A stretch of 64,000 nt of DNA from Rhizodiscina lignyota (Eukaryota), in contig ML978123.1 of the NCBI GenBank assembly GCA_010015805.1, positions 1,116,001 through 1,180,000 on the forward strand, read 5' to 3'. Under the pieces are notes generated by a model. It was given only the letters and a program-made list of their open reading frames with translations. It had not been told where the DNA came from and did no database searches. Both the position numbers and the translations under genes were made by a program. This document shows, one piece after another, positions 1-12,794 of the stretch. Within the stretch, counting starts at the first letter, position 1. Each line of letters starts with the position of its first letter.

Positions 1-3000
1 GTGGCAGCTGCAGGTTGTCCGGAGGATTACAGCTGGGTTCAAGGTCTAGCTTTGGGGGTAAAAAGAGATGAGACTGTCTTTCTTGAACTGGAATTTTTGA
101 AATATTCACGAGAAAATAGTGCGGCCTTGGGGTGCTTATGTACCGTCTGCCTATTCTTCACCGACAAAAGAAATCGTGCAACGAGACTGCCGGTTTTCTG
201 GACAGACCCCAGCAACGCCATGCACGATGTGCGCAGCACAGCAAATCTGGCTTTGCCGACCCGCACAAGGGGGTGCGTGGCTTTCGTGGGAGAAGATCCA
301 TCCTTGGATTCCCACGGGGTTGCAGGGTTGTGGCCTTCCTGGACCAACCCGTAAAGGCTTTGGGGGTACGGGTGTGCGGGCATGGAGCATCGTGAAGCTT
401 CAGAAAACGAAGCACGCCGTGGGAAATGGGGCGCGGTTGGCTGGCGTCGACGGACATTTGCGAGGCTTTGGCGAATGGGATGAAAGCCTGGCCGGAAAGG
501 AAGCTACTGTATAGTCTATCGCGCCGGTGGAAGGCATGGAAGTCTGGAAGATAGGGCCGAAACTGTGCACCTGTTGATCCTTCCCCCTTTCATACTGAAA
601 ATTGTTTCTAGGCTGTGGGAGCGAATATTCGGCAGCCTTTCCCACTAGCTTCCCGCGGTACGAGCCTTCCGCGACATGAGTCCTATCCCAAATGCGTGCG
701 GCTTGTATGCCGATACACAGCGGAAGGGGGCTGCGGCGGACGTGCGAAATGAGGAAACCAACATCTCCCATCTTGACTCGTTTGTGACTGATCCGCCGTG
801 ATCCATCCGTTTGTGACGAGGCCAATATTGAAAGCATAAATGCGGGTGGATAGAGCTGGAATAGAAGTACTCCCTCCGATGCTATCGGTAGCGAGTCATA
901 ACCAAAGGGAAGGTGACGAGACTGATACCTCACCAATGCGCAGGTGGTGACAACCACGATAGGACGAGAGCGAATCCGACTGGCGTTCGAATCGAGGTAA
1001 GCATCACTCAAGGCAGCCTTGCATTGGCGCTCGGTACCATGCGACTAAGCGCTGCCTGAGCAGTCGTATTTTCTCTGACCGATTGCCCCGGCCTCCCGAT
1101 GTCTCTCGCTGCTGGTTGTCCCCCAGCCCTGTGGACGGACTACCTATGGAGGCTTGCCTGGAGAAACTCCACGTATATGCTTGCGGCCGCTGACTTCGTA
1201 GGACGGAGAGATTATTGCGTGTCTCACATCGCACACGCGAATTTGCGTCAGGAGTCAAGAGAGTCCCTAAGCGAGTCAGGCCCTAATTCTCCCTCGTAAC
1301 AAAAAGCATTTATCCTTTTTGCAAAATGCGGGAAGTCGTGGAGTTGTGTCGCGACGAAGTCCGCTTCGAAGGGCCGCCCTGCCTTCTGTGCGCTCATGCT
1401 GAGCGACCCCTCGAGAGTGAAAAATTAGCTGACCCCGATGGACGTCAAAAGGGGTGCGGTCGGAAGATGTTTTGCTCGTCAGCCCAAGCGAGAGCATCGC
1501 CGAAAGCTCGATGAGATGTGCTTCAGCCAGTGCCTATTGAGATTGCACAGCATCAGTGACAATAATTCGTCTCGACAGAAGTGACTGCTCATTTCAACAG
1601 CTCAGAAGGCTGTAGTTAGCTTTGGCTCAACTTTTCTGTCACCTCTAGACCCCCCAACCTGGAAAGATTGGCTTTTCCCAAACCCCCCCACGACTGTCGA
1701 TAGGCGGCCTCCTTGCAGGCAAGCTAACTCGGGGAAGTGTGGGAGCATGGAACGGGTGCATCACCCAAACCTCCGGATTCCGGGGGTGCATCCTGAATTG
1801 CCTGATTCGAGAATATTGCTCGAGTGGCTTGAAGTGGAGTTTATTCCCGATCCTCTTTGCTGTGGCTCAATTCCAATGCGCACAATGCAGTCGCCTTATG
1901 TATTCTCTTGCTCATTGTGACAGTGCATTGGGCCGCAATAATCCATGGAGAAAGCAGTGAAAAATGTGATGTTGGTCCTCTGTGACACAGGAGGAAGTGA
2001 TGAAATCATGAGGCGACGTAGGAAAGCACAAAATGAACTGGCGGCACAGCTGTGGCGTTCTGAAAGCTTTGATGTATCCCAGAACAGCAGTCCATCTTCT
2101 CGTCAACGAGCTTTGATGCATGTTCCGAACTCTGCAGTGATTCTACGGTCTGGGTTGACCTGAGCAACGTACTCGTAAATCGTCATTTACACATAGCTCC
2201 GCCCCCTCCCTGGAAATGATACTAAACTGCAAGCGGAACACATGTCAAAAACCATAACGAAGTGCAGAGCATAGAAAATACACACAATTAGCAAAGCCGT
2301 CAAATTCTCTCCAACAGCTCCTGAACAGAATTTCACATATCTTATGAGCCTTGGTGACATCCATACATTCCAGCTCTGCAAGGGGGAATTTTCTATTTTG
2401 AATCAAGCCCATTCCATCAACAAGCCCATACTACATAAAGTATTGTAAATGGAACATTGTAAGTCCCACTATGCGCATGATAGAACCCTTAGACCTCTTT
2501 CGGAGACATTCTCGGCATAGTACGGTAGTCCGATCGATGCCATGATTTTGATAACTGAGCTGATTCCCCACGAGGTCATCACACTTCAAACTTTGTAGGT
2601 GGCATCAGCTTCGCTCTATTTGGAAAGGCACGGTCTCCATATACCACATATTTTATAAGGCCAAGAGGAAAAGCACCTCAAGAGTACGTAGCATATCCTC
2701 CACTTGGGTTTCCCACGATGACAACAAACTAAACGCAGAATTTGAAAGTCAACTCCCCAGGCTGCCTAATAACTCCATCCGGTTCCAATTGACACCAATC
2801 CGGCGCTTCTGACAAAAGCTAACGTCCGGAGTACTCGAAAGTAAATACCAACTTCCTGTTGGGGTCTTGGACACGTAATCCCCTCGGTTCCGTCCACGGG
2901 CCGCAGACTCTAGTCTCATTAAACGCGCGGCCGCCTCAAGTTTAAGTAGCATTAAATCCTTCTTCACTTTTTTGTTTTGCTTTCTCCCATTTCAAAGATC

Positions 3001-4078
3001 TCATTTCTATAAGCTGCAAGGTAATCGTCCGTACCTGTGCCATGCACTCCAGCATGGTGATTAAGTGAAAAGCGATATCGGAGCTTGAAGCTCCAGAGAT
3101 ATTCGCCATGGCCCACGGCGACTGTATGAGACATCGGAGGACTACACTCTGCTACTCGTCAGGGTCTTTCAGACGTTCAATCCCCACAAAACCTAATGCC
3201 TTTACCAGTTTCCTAATTTCTGCGGAGCCCGAGAGAACCGAAAGCCGACCCGGCTGTTACTCTAAATCCCCGCTTGTTCCACTGGATATCGATGTAACCT
3301 CACATATTCTTTGCGCGGGGCATACTCGAACAGAGTCAACGGTCTGGCATACCAGTGCTGTCCTTTCATGCAATTTAAACCATGAGGCCAATTTGGTCTG
3401 CAATTGTGTACACCGGTCAGTTCAGCTTGGTCCGACTTCGAGGAAGAGTGGAAAGGTAGATGGTTCGGGTACCCAGGATAACCTATGATGTGCCTCCAGG
3501 CCCAAGGCTTTCTAGATCTATGATCAAGCTCCACCCTGATGGTCCAATCAAGCAAATGGAAAGTAGAGTGGCTATGAGAATCACCAAGAAGTGCGGCGGA
3601 GCCTGCATACAGGCTCTGCAAGTAAGGAGAGGAGATGCTCAACTTGCAGAGTCCACGTTACAGTGAGGAGTTCACTTATTCGCACATCCCTCTCTTATTC
3701 CAATAGACTCTCCACTGTACCTACCTATCTCAGTTAAGACCTTTAACCGGACAGAGAAGACTTTAGGTACCATTCACAAGCAATAGAGCAATACCCCGCA
3801 TCATGATCTCCCGGTTCCTGGCTCCTTTGGCGAACCGCTGCGGGCCCTTGTCCACCAGCATCGTGAAAGATTTCTTTAGCATCACGCTCCCTGAGTATGC
3901 CGTCATTTCCAGCAATTCCCCGCATCGCAAAATTTCCAACGCTCGTCCGTCGTGTCCCGGGCAGCATTGCACCGATGGCGCGTAGAAAAGGTCGAGGACG
4001 CGCTCCACTTTCGAAGAACGACCGACTTCTTGGTTCAATTGAGAGGGATAGGCAAAATACAGAGCAGAGGCCTTCGAG

Positions 4079-6927
4079 ATGCGCGTACGCAATTTGCTCT
4101 TCGGCATTGGCCTGTTCCTGTTCGAGCTCCAGGCACAGGAGATAACAGACGACACCTACTTCTATGGAGATTCTCCTCCAGTCTATCCGTCACGTAGGTT
4201 TTGCTTGAAGTAGCTCCGCAATTATGCTCCGACGCTAAGCAAATAAAATGTATAGCGGAGGGCAAAGGAGTCGGACAATGGGCTCAAGCCTATGCGAAGG
4301 CGAAGGCTTTCGTTGCAAAGCTGACAATTGAGGAGAAGACCAATCTGACAACAGGTAACAAGATCTCCTGATGGTTTGTAATCGTCTACGAAGTAGCTCA
4401 CATTCTCAGGCTACTCCGACACGGACAACACATGCTCTGGGAACATCATTGCAATCCCTCGTCTCGGTTTCCCTGGCCTTTGCGTGTCGGATGCTGGAAA
4501 CGGCCTTGTAAGCGACGTTGTGATCTAGGAAAGACACTTTGCTCATGATTTTCAGCGTGATACGGACTATGTCTCGTCGTATCCGAATGGTATCTCCGTC
4601 GGAGCGAGGTATGGGCACCCAGAATAACAGATCGCAGATCGAGAGTCTGACCTGATCACTCTGCAGTTGGAACAAGAAGCTCGCTCATGATCGCGGCACG
4701 TACATGGGCGCTGAATTCAAGCGGAAAGGGGTCAACACTATCCTTGGCCCGGTCGTTGGACCTCTCGGACGTGTTGTCGCTGGTGGCCGCAATTGGGAAG
4801 GTAAGTACTTGGAAGTGAATCGGAAGAGCTCATGGTCATCATTTGCTTACACTTTACGTGTCAGGGTTCACCAACGACCCATACCTGAATGGTATGCTCG
4901 TAGCCAACACTGTTACCGGAGCCCAAGGGTCTGGCGTACAGACGTGTGTGAAGGTTAGTTCTGACAAGCGACCGAAAGCTAGAAACTAGCTTCATTAACG
5001 CATCAATGCCTTGTAGCACTATATTGGCAATGAGCAGGAAACGAACCGCAATCCAGAAGTAAACAGTGCTGGCGTAGCTACGCAATCGGTCTCGTCCAAC
5101 ATTGACGATACGACTTTACATGAGCTGTACCTATGGTAAGCTTTAGATTCGCTGCGCATGTCCATGAACGAATGCCTGACAATCCGCAGGCCTTTCCAAG
5201 AGGCCGTCAAAGCCGGCACGGCATCCATCATGTGCTCTTACAACAGAGTGAACAACAGCTACTCGTGTCAAAATTCCAAGATACTTAACGGCCTCCTGAA
5301 GACAGAGCTGGGCTTCGAAGGTTACGTCATGAGGTGAGTGCCATAAATCAGGGCACTGGAAATGCTATGCTAACCTCAAAAGTGACTGGGGTGCACAACA
5401 CGGTGGCGTTGCGTCGGCAAACGCTGGCTTGGATATGGTCATGCCGAACTCCGTCCTCTGGGGCCAGAATCTCACCACAGCAGTTAAGAATGGAAGTGTC
5501 AAAGCAAGCCGTTTAAACGATATGGCGACAAGGTTTGTTCTCTCAGCGCATCAATGACCTGGACTTGGCATCTGACTGCAAGCAACAGAATCATGGCAGC
5601 GTGGTACCTTCTTGATCAATCCGAAGGCGTCAGCTCCCCCGGCATTGGCATGAAGACAATGACAACGCCCCACCAACGCGTTATCGGCATCAGTCATGAG
5701 TCCAGCAACACAATTCTTGACGGCGCCATCGAAGGGCATGTACTGGTCAAGAACAGCAAGAATGCCTTACCAATGAAGTCGCCACAACTCGTCTCAGTCT
5801 TTGGGTACGATGCGCAGGTGCCTCTGTGGGCGTCGCAGTACGGAACCATTACGCCCAATCAATACTCTGCGATCTATAACAACGGAACGATGTTCACGGC
5901 AGGCGGTTCCGGGAAGAATAGCCCTGCATACGTACTCTCGCCGTTCGATGCGATCAGTGAGCGAGCCTATCAAGGCGGCGGGTCGGTTTACTGGGACTTT
6001 TCACGTCCCGATCCACCGGTCGACCCCACGTCCGATGCGTGCGTTGTCTTCATCAATGCCTGGGCGTCCGAGGGATCTGACCGACCAGCGCTCCGCGACG
6101 ACTTCAGCGACGGCCTAGTACTGAACGTCGCCGCAAACTGCAGCAACACAATCGTCGTCATCCACAACGCAGGGACGCGCCTGGTCGATGTTTTCCAGGA
6201 CCATCCCAATGTGACAGCAATCATTTACGCGCACCTGCCTGGTCAAGACACGGGACGTGGTCTTGCCATGATCTTGTACGGCGACGTTAGCCCGTCGGGC
6301 CGTCTCCCGTACACCGTTGCGAAGAACGAGTCGGACTACGGCCATCTGCTGAACGCTACCCAGCCCGAAGGCGAGTTCGCGCTGTTCTCGCAGTCCAACT
6401 TCACCGAGGGCCAGTTCATCGACTACCGCTATTTCGACGCGCACCACATCACGCCGCGGTACGAGTTCGGCTTCGGCCTCTCATATAGCAAGTTCTCGTA
6501 CTCCAACTTGCACGTGCAGCTGAAGGGCTCTCCGTCGCCATATCCCGCAAAGGCATCAGTCCAGCCAGGTGGCAACCCCCACCTCTTTGATGTCGTTGCA
6601 ACGGCCTCTGTCCAGGTAACGAACAGTGGCGGTATGGACGCTATGGACGTCCCACAGTTGTACGTAGGGTTCCCTGGGCCCAACCAGCCCGTGAAGCAGC
6701 TGCGTGCATTTGAGAAAGTTCAGATTGCGAAGGGACAGAGCACCACAGTTACGTTCTCGCTGCGTCGGAAGGACCTATCGGTGTGGGATGCGGAGGCTCA
6801 GCAGTGGATGATCCCAAGTGGAACGCACAACATCTGGGTCGGTGCTTCGAGTAGGGATTTGCCGCTTCATACCACACTCACTGTTAGTGGAAAGGGTTAC
6901 GGAGGTTCAAAGCGTGCGGGTATGTAA
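4079..6927 (+). CDS. Secreted GH3 beta-glucosidase (BglM-like), 9 introns in the 5' half, long final exon with FnIII-like domain
   Basis: ATG 4079 gives signal-like [19 protein letters not shown], then [17 protein letters not shown]. Spliced exons give [60 protein letters not shown] and GYVMSDWG (nucleophile Asp, with an intron just before DW). The last exon carries [15 protein letters not shown] and YEFGFGLSY. Confidence 0.95.
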
Positions 6928-9801
6928 TGGGCCTGGTCGCGCGAGGCTGTAAGAGCAATTGAATGCAAAATCGTCGTGCAATCTGAAGTCGAATTCGAAA
7001 GTTAGTAATATCCCGTGTTGTGCTCTGAATTCTCCGTGTGGGGGCAACAATTTGTATGCGGGATTGAGGTGCTCTGCAGACCCTCAGGTAAATCTGGCGG
7101 CCGCACCGTATAAGCAACTCTGCAGCAAGGCTAATTAGTATCAGTTACGAAGAGATAGCAAATGGATGAAATGCGATCGTAAGCGCAAAATTTCTCGAAT
7201 AGGTTAGACACATCTCTCGCTCGCGTTTAGCCGTTGCTTGTTCTCCGATGCAGGAGCAAGGGTAGAATGAGTTCTTCTACAACGACCGAATCGTTTAATA
7301 ACCCTCAGTACCACAAAACGCGGAGTGACCTTCCTCGTAGAGTCTCTACGGCCGCACCGTCGACTGCATTGCAGCAACAGCAACGGCACCCATGACTGCA
7401 ATGAGAGTTTCGGAACGGCTGGCGGCATTCCGAACACCGTGTTGTGGATTGATTTCAAAGACATCTGGGGTAGTGGATTGAGAGAAACCGACTTCCACAT
7501 CCTGGCAAAACGGTAGACACTGCCGATTCTGGCATTAGAGCTCCAGATGTGGCAGTGCCTCTGGATCATCTAGACGCTTATCACCATTAGTAAACTCCGA
7601 GGAAATTGCGAAGAGCATTAGAAAGAATAGGAGAATCCTGTTGATGCGTTATCATTGTGAATCAACAATGTCTTCGTCGGGATACTCCTGTGACGGCGGG
7701 GTTGAGTGAGATGAGATGACGCGAGAGCATTGAGCTCATTAAGCTCAATGGAGTACCAGATATATAATCTTTGAGGGATAAATGTGGCGGAAACACCAAT
7801 TGAATCATAATCAAAGAGTTCGCTGACAAAGACATTGGGACGAGTGTCAGATGCGGAAATTCTATGGTGTTCGCAAGAATTATTGTAACACGTTGGATGA
7901 AATCTTTCCGAGAGTTTCGGGGCTGAGCAAAGCCTCGAAGTAATAGCGTAGAGTGGCGTGGTTTCGGAGTCGCCGGCGATATTTCAAGTGGCGGATTGAT
8001 ACTATTCAGAAGTCCAGAAACACACGCTTCGGAACGTTTGTATGACGGCCGAATACTCGCATCCCCGGACAGTCTAATCTTTTGGAGTCGGAGAGTTGGA
8101 ACACCGTGAAACCCTTGAAGGTCTGCGGGAACGGCCGCACAATACTGGAGCGCGTGAGATGCAAGGCCGGCTATGGGTTCGAGAGTGGATACTGAGGTGG
8201 AGAGGCTGGGTTGACGTTCGAAGATATATCGTATACGAAAAGACGAGAAGGAGGTATGTACAAGAATGCTCTGCTCTTCTAAGCGAGGCATGGAATAGAG
8301 CACACTTAAGGCTAGCCTCCCGGGAGAAAAGCGGTAGCGGGTAGTGATGTACGCGTAGATTATGTAACCTGCTTCTATGAACGTACAAGGGCAAAAGTAA
8401 GCTTAAAAGGCCAACCATCCCACACACATGCGGCGTGGCGGATGGCTGGGCTGCATCAACTCCATTGGGGGTCTCGTATAGAGTAAGCATTGACCAGTAG
8501 AGGGGGTTTGAGTTCGGAAGGATTGATAGCACCGGCGGCATCAAGGTTGGCTAGTTTTGCTGTATTGGACATGCTAGGAGAAGCTCACGAGGCGGTTCAG
8601 CTCTCTTGGCAGGGCGTATGAGCATTTCAGCTCTATAGAGCCGTTTGACTGTAGGAAGTGTGTGATATACTGCTGTTGCACGGCTCGTAGGTACAGCCGA
8701 ATAGAGGAAATGGCTCAAAACGTGGTACGCGCTGCATGCGCGGATAGTGGACGTATAACTGCGAAGTAGATGTGGCCCCACATGCAGGGCCTTCGTGAAG
8801 GGATTGGGTGTCGGATATTTGCCTTGATAGCGGCGCGTCTAGCCCGATCAGGCATAACGCAGCGACTGGCTTCCAACGTACTCGCGCGAGCGCAGGAAGC
8901 AGCTGCTCGCAATCTGTCCATCCTCATTACTCCCCTCGTCTCTCGCTCCGTCCATGCCCCGAACAAACTGAGAAGAGCGAGCCTCTCGTGCTTGGCTTCC
9001 TTAGCGTCCGATGCACGAACTAGCTCAGCCGCAAGCTTGTAGAGCAGCTACTTCCACGCGCGTACGCTAGGCTATTAGACCCATCTCGTCGGAGTGCAGC
9101 GCGCGTAGATCAGCTGTAGCCTGTCAGCATGCCGATGCCCGAAATAATGGCGACTCTACAGCCACACGATCTTATCACGGCACGCCCTATTTGGCTTGAC
9201 ATCTTACGGGGAGCTCGAAACGTACGTAGATTGCGGTTCGGGGGCGTGACGGGACCCCTTTCACCAGGACAGCATGGATAGCGACAGCCTGCACAACCCG
9301 TTGCTTCCCTATATATGAGCATAGACGCGGTAAACTTGCGCTTCAGCCCTGCCGCTCTTGGCCGACGGCAGCCTACTGCCACATCTGGCTTGCATGTGGT
9401 GGTAGCCGCCACAGGGATCCTTACTCAGACAACAATCAGATTCGCCCACATCGCTGTCAGCTCTGACGCTTTGGGCTGCTCGCAATGCAACCTCATTCGC
9501 CAACTTGATCTTCTGCTTTGATCTAAATCCTCATTCCGTACCGATACTAGGTTCCCCAGTCCCTACGTTCCAGCTCAGAGGCACCAACTCAACGGCGTCG
9601 GTGTCGACGCGTGAATGCTGACCATAGCCTATGCGTTGACCCACCAAGCGGGAGATCTCTTCTGCCCATAACCACTTTAATAGTCCTTTTGCCCATTTGT
9701 CCACTGTTCGCACCCGCACTGCCTTCTTTTGCGCTTTCGGGTGCCTTTTTCAACTGACTGCCATTCCTCTCTTCCCTAGAACACTTGCTTAATCTCCAAT
9801 C

Positions 9802-12454
9802 ATGGCCGGCAAGTCTAATTTCAAGGTCGTAATTGTGGGCGGAGGTATAGCTGGGCTGGCGCTGGCGAACGAGCTACAATGTGCAGGAATCGACTTTGTC
9901 CTTCTCGAGAGAAGGTCGGTCATCGATCCACAAGTTGGCGCTTCAATTGGCATGCTGCCCAACGGAAGTCGCATCCTGGATCAAGTCGGCTGCTACGAAG
10001 ACGTTCTCGATCTCGTCGAACCCACTGTATTGGGCTTCAGTCACAAGGCAGATGGAAGTCTAATTGGAGAGCCTACTGATGCGCCAGTACTTTTGGCCAC
10101 TCGGTACGACAGCAAGTTGATAAATGCTTCTGTTCAGGCTAACATAGATGCTCAGGTCAGCCTACAACACCTGCTTCCTCGACCGCCAATGGGTTCTGCG
10201 AATTCTTGCCGATCACGTCCAGGACAAAAGCAAGATACTACTAAACAAAGATGTCGACAGAATCGAGCAGTCCAAGGATAAAGCTACCGTGTTCTGCAAA
10301 GACGGAACTTCGTACGACGGAGATGTCGTAGTCGGCGCGGACGGCGTGTACAGCAAAGTTCGACATGAAATGTGGCGCCAAGCCGAGGAAGCTGGTGAAG
10401 GCAAGCGAGTTGAGAAGGACAAGAAAGGTTTGCGTCGTGACTACTGCGAGATATGCCAGTGCTAATGCCTTCTTAGCCATGTTCGCCGAGTACAACTGCT
10501 TATTCGGCATATCCAACGCGGTCGAGGGAATGATTGAGGGCCAGAACCGATTCACATACGATAAGGATCGATCTACGCTAGTCATTGTTGGAAAGAACGG
10601 CAGGATATTTTGGTTCGTTTTCTCGAAAATGGACCGGGTGTACAAGGTTGGCGAAATCCCTAGGTACACGCAGGAAGACAAAGAGAATTTCATCAAGCAG
10701 CACGGTGATCTCATCATCCGTAACAATCCCAGAGTCACAGTGAAGGACTTTTACAAGGCTCAGATCTCTTCCACCCTTGTTGCGCTCGAGGAAGCAGCAT
10801 ACGAGAACTGGACATATGGTCGGATGGTTTGCGCCGGCGACTCAATCCACAAGATGACGCCCAACCTTGGAGCTGGAGGCAATTCTGCCATTGAGAGCAC
10901 TGCGATCGTCGCAAACCAGCTGAAGCACCTTGTAGACCAATACAAGTCCGCTCGTCCACCGCTTTCGGCTGTCGAGGATGCGCTCAAGCGCTTCCAGACG
11001 CTGAGGCACACTCGAATCACGGAAACGATGAAGATGGCGAATGGCTTGACTCGAATCCAAGCAATGAAGACAGGAGTGGAGAGGTTCATCGCGTACTATG
11101 TCATTCCGAATGCTGGCGACTACATGGCAGAAATGTACGCTGACTTCCAGATCGGAGCGCCCTTACTGGAGTATCTTCCCCCGCCTCCTCGCTCCTTGGA
11201 AGCAACGATGCCCTTCAATGAGGAGCAAGGTTGGGGTTTCATTGAGAGCAAAGCAAAGCGTGCTTTCACGGCCCTCCCATTCGTCGGTCTCGCTGCGGTG
11301 TTTTTCTGGATTACGATGAATATTCCGCTTGGGCCATATCTCCAAGACATCATGGATTCTGGGAAACTGACGCATGGCACTACGACTGTCAAACCCCTGG
11401 AGAAATTCTATCCCATTTCATTCTTGGACTCGCTCTGGCGCACACCAGAGGCGTTTTTCCTTTCGTCAACTCTTGGACTCGATAAAGTCAGCCATGACCA
11501 AGGCTTCTCATTCCTCATTGATGTCAGCACAATCTACGGGATCTGGCTCGTTGAGTCAGCCAGACGGAGTAACCTGCTCACGCTCGCCCAACTGTAAGTT
11601 GATCTGCTAGAATTGGAATCGTATCCATGAGAAAAGACATTGAGCTAATGGCATCTTGCAGACCTCTCCTGTTCGGCTTCTCAATGCAGCACCTTGGTGG
11701 CGGCTTCATGGCACCGATCTACTGGTTCCTCTTCTATATTTATTCCCCGGTTTCAAACTTCAAAGCTAGCGACAACCGCCTCACCAACATCACGTACACC
11801 TACAGCGTCCTCCCTCTCATGCTCCTCTTCTCTATCGTTCCTACTTATCTCATGTATCAGTCCGACGATCTGAAGACGCGACAGTACTGGGGCTTTGGCT
11901 GGCAGATGTTCCCTGTGTGGGTCAGCCTCGGCCAGTACGTCCTCGCTAAGACGGGCATCATGCCGGCGTTCAACAGGAGCGACCGAATTTACAAGCCCAG
12001 AATGGATGTGGCCGCAGTCAGACTCACTGTTGGCACATTCGGAATAATCTCCGCCGCTGCGTGGATCTACACACTTCTTACCTCCACCTACTCCATGGCC
12101 GACCTCTTCATCCCGAGCTTGCATCCAGAAGACAACTTTTTCTCCCTTACACGCTACTTCCTCCAAACCGATCAGGTCTTCATGTGCGGAAGCTGTCTCC
12201 TCTGGCTTCTGTATGCATATGGAGATTTTAAAGCCGCCGGCATGATCAGCCAAAGCTGGCTGACGATCCTCGCACTTGGAAGCCTGTCCCTTGTCAGTCT
12301 TGGACCTGGCGCCACATTCGCCGTAGGATGGCTTTTCAGGGAGGAGACACTCCTCACGAAGAGGCACAAGAGCGCTGTGACCAAGGGCTCGAATGGTGGC
12401 AAGAAAGTGAATGGAGTGGCGAATGGAAAGGTTGGGAATGGGAAGGCTCACTGA
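9802..12454 (+). CDS. FAD-dependent monooxygenase (PaxM/CtvC-like epoxidase clade) fused to a C-terminal multi-pass membrane domain, 3 introns
   Basis: GGGIAG, VGADG and AGDSIHKMTPNLGAGGN motifs. GT-AG introns near 10104-10155, 10428-10477 and 11594-11661 join the four ORFs in frame. The C-terminal ~350 aa are strongly hydrophobic (MQHLGGGFMAPIYWFLF, WQMFPVWVSLGQ). Confidence 0.9.
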
Positions 12455-12794
12455 GCACGAAATGAGTGTGAAATGGCAATGACTTTTGAGAGAATAGGAT
12501 GGCATCGATAATGAATACCTCCTATAAGCGGCGTTCCGCGGAGTTCCAACATGGTTGAGACTACGGATAATTATGAGGGCGTCGGTTATTAGATATCAGA
12601 TCAGATGTATCCCCCTGCTTTCAGGTTGACGATCGATTTAAGGCACACCACAAATCCTCTCTCTGTCATCTTTCAAGTAGATATTCGATCTAAACAATAT
12701 GTAAAAAACCTCTCTTCATTGAGCTTGCTCTTTGATGCCCTCATCCTATTCGTAGACCGTCGGGATTGCCGTTATGAATAATCAACTCAATATT

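Noticed and set aside
1..4000. Short ORFs upstream of the GH3 gene, including the 203-aa ORF 400-1011 and a protein-like patch WSDFEEEWKGRWFGYP near 3430-3480
   Set aside because: No recognisable motifs or consistent splice model; frames are broken by stops. A decayed relic cannot be excluded but is unsupported.
7200..9750. Overlapping 60-210 aa ORFs on both strands between the GH3 and FMO genes
   Set aside because: No domain signature, terminal repeats or coherent gene structure.
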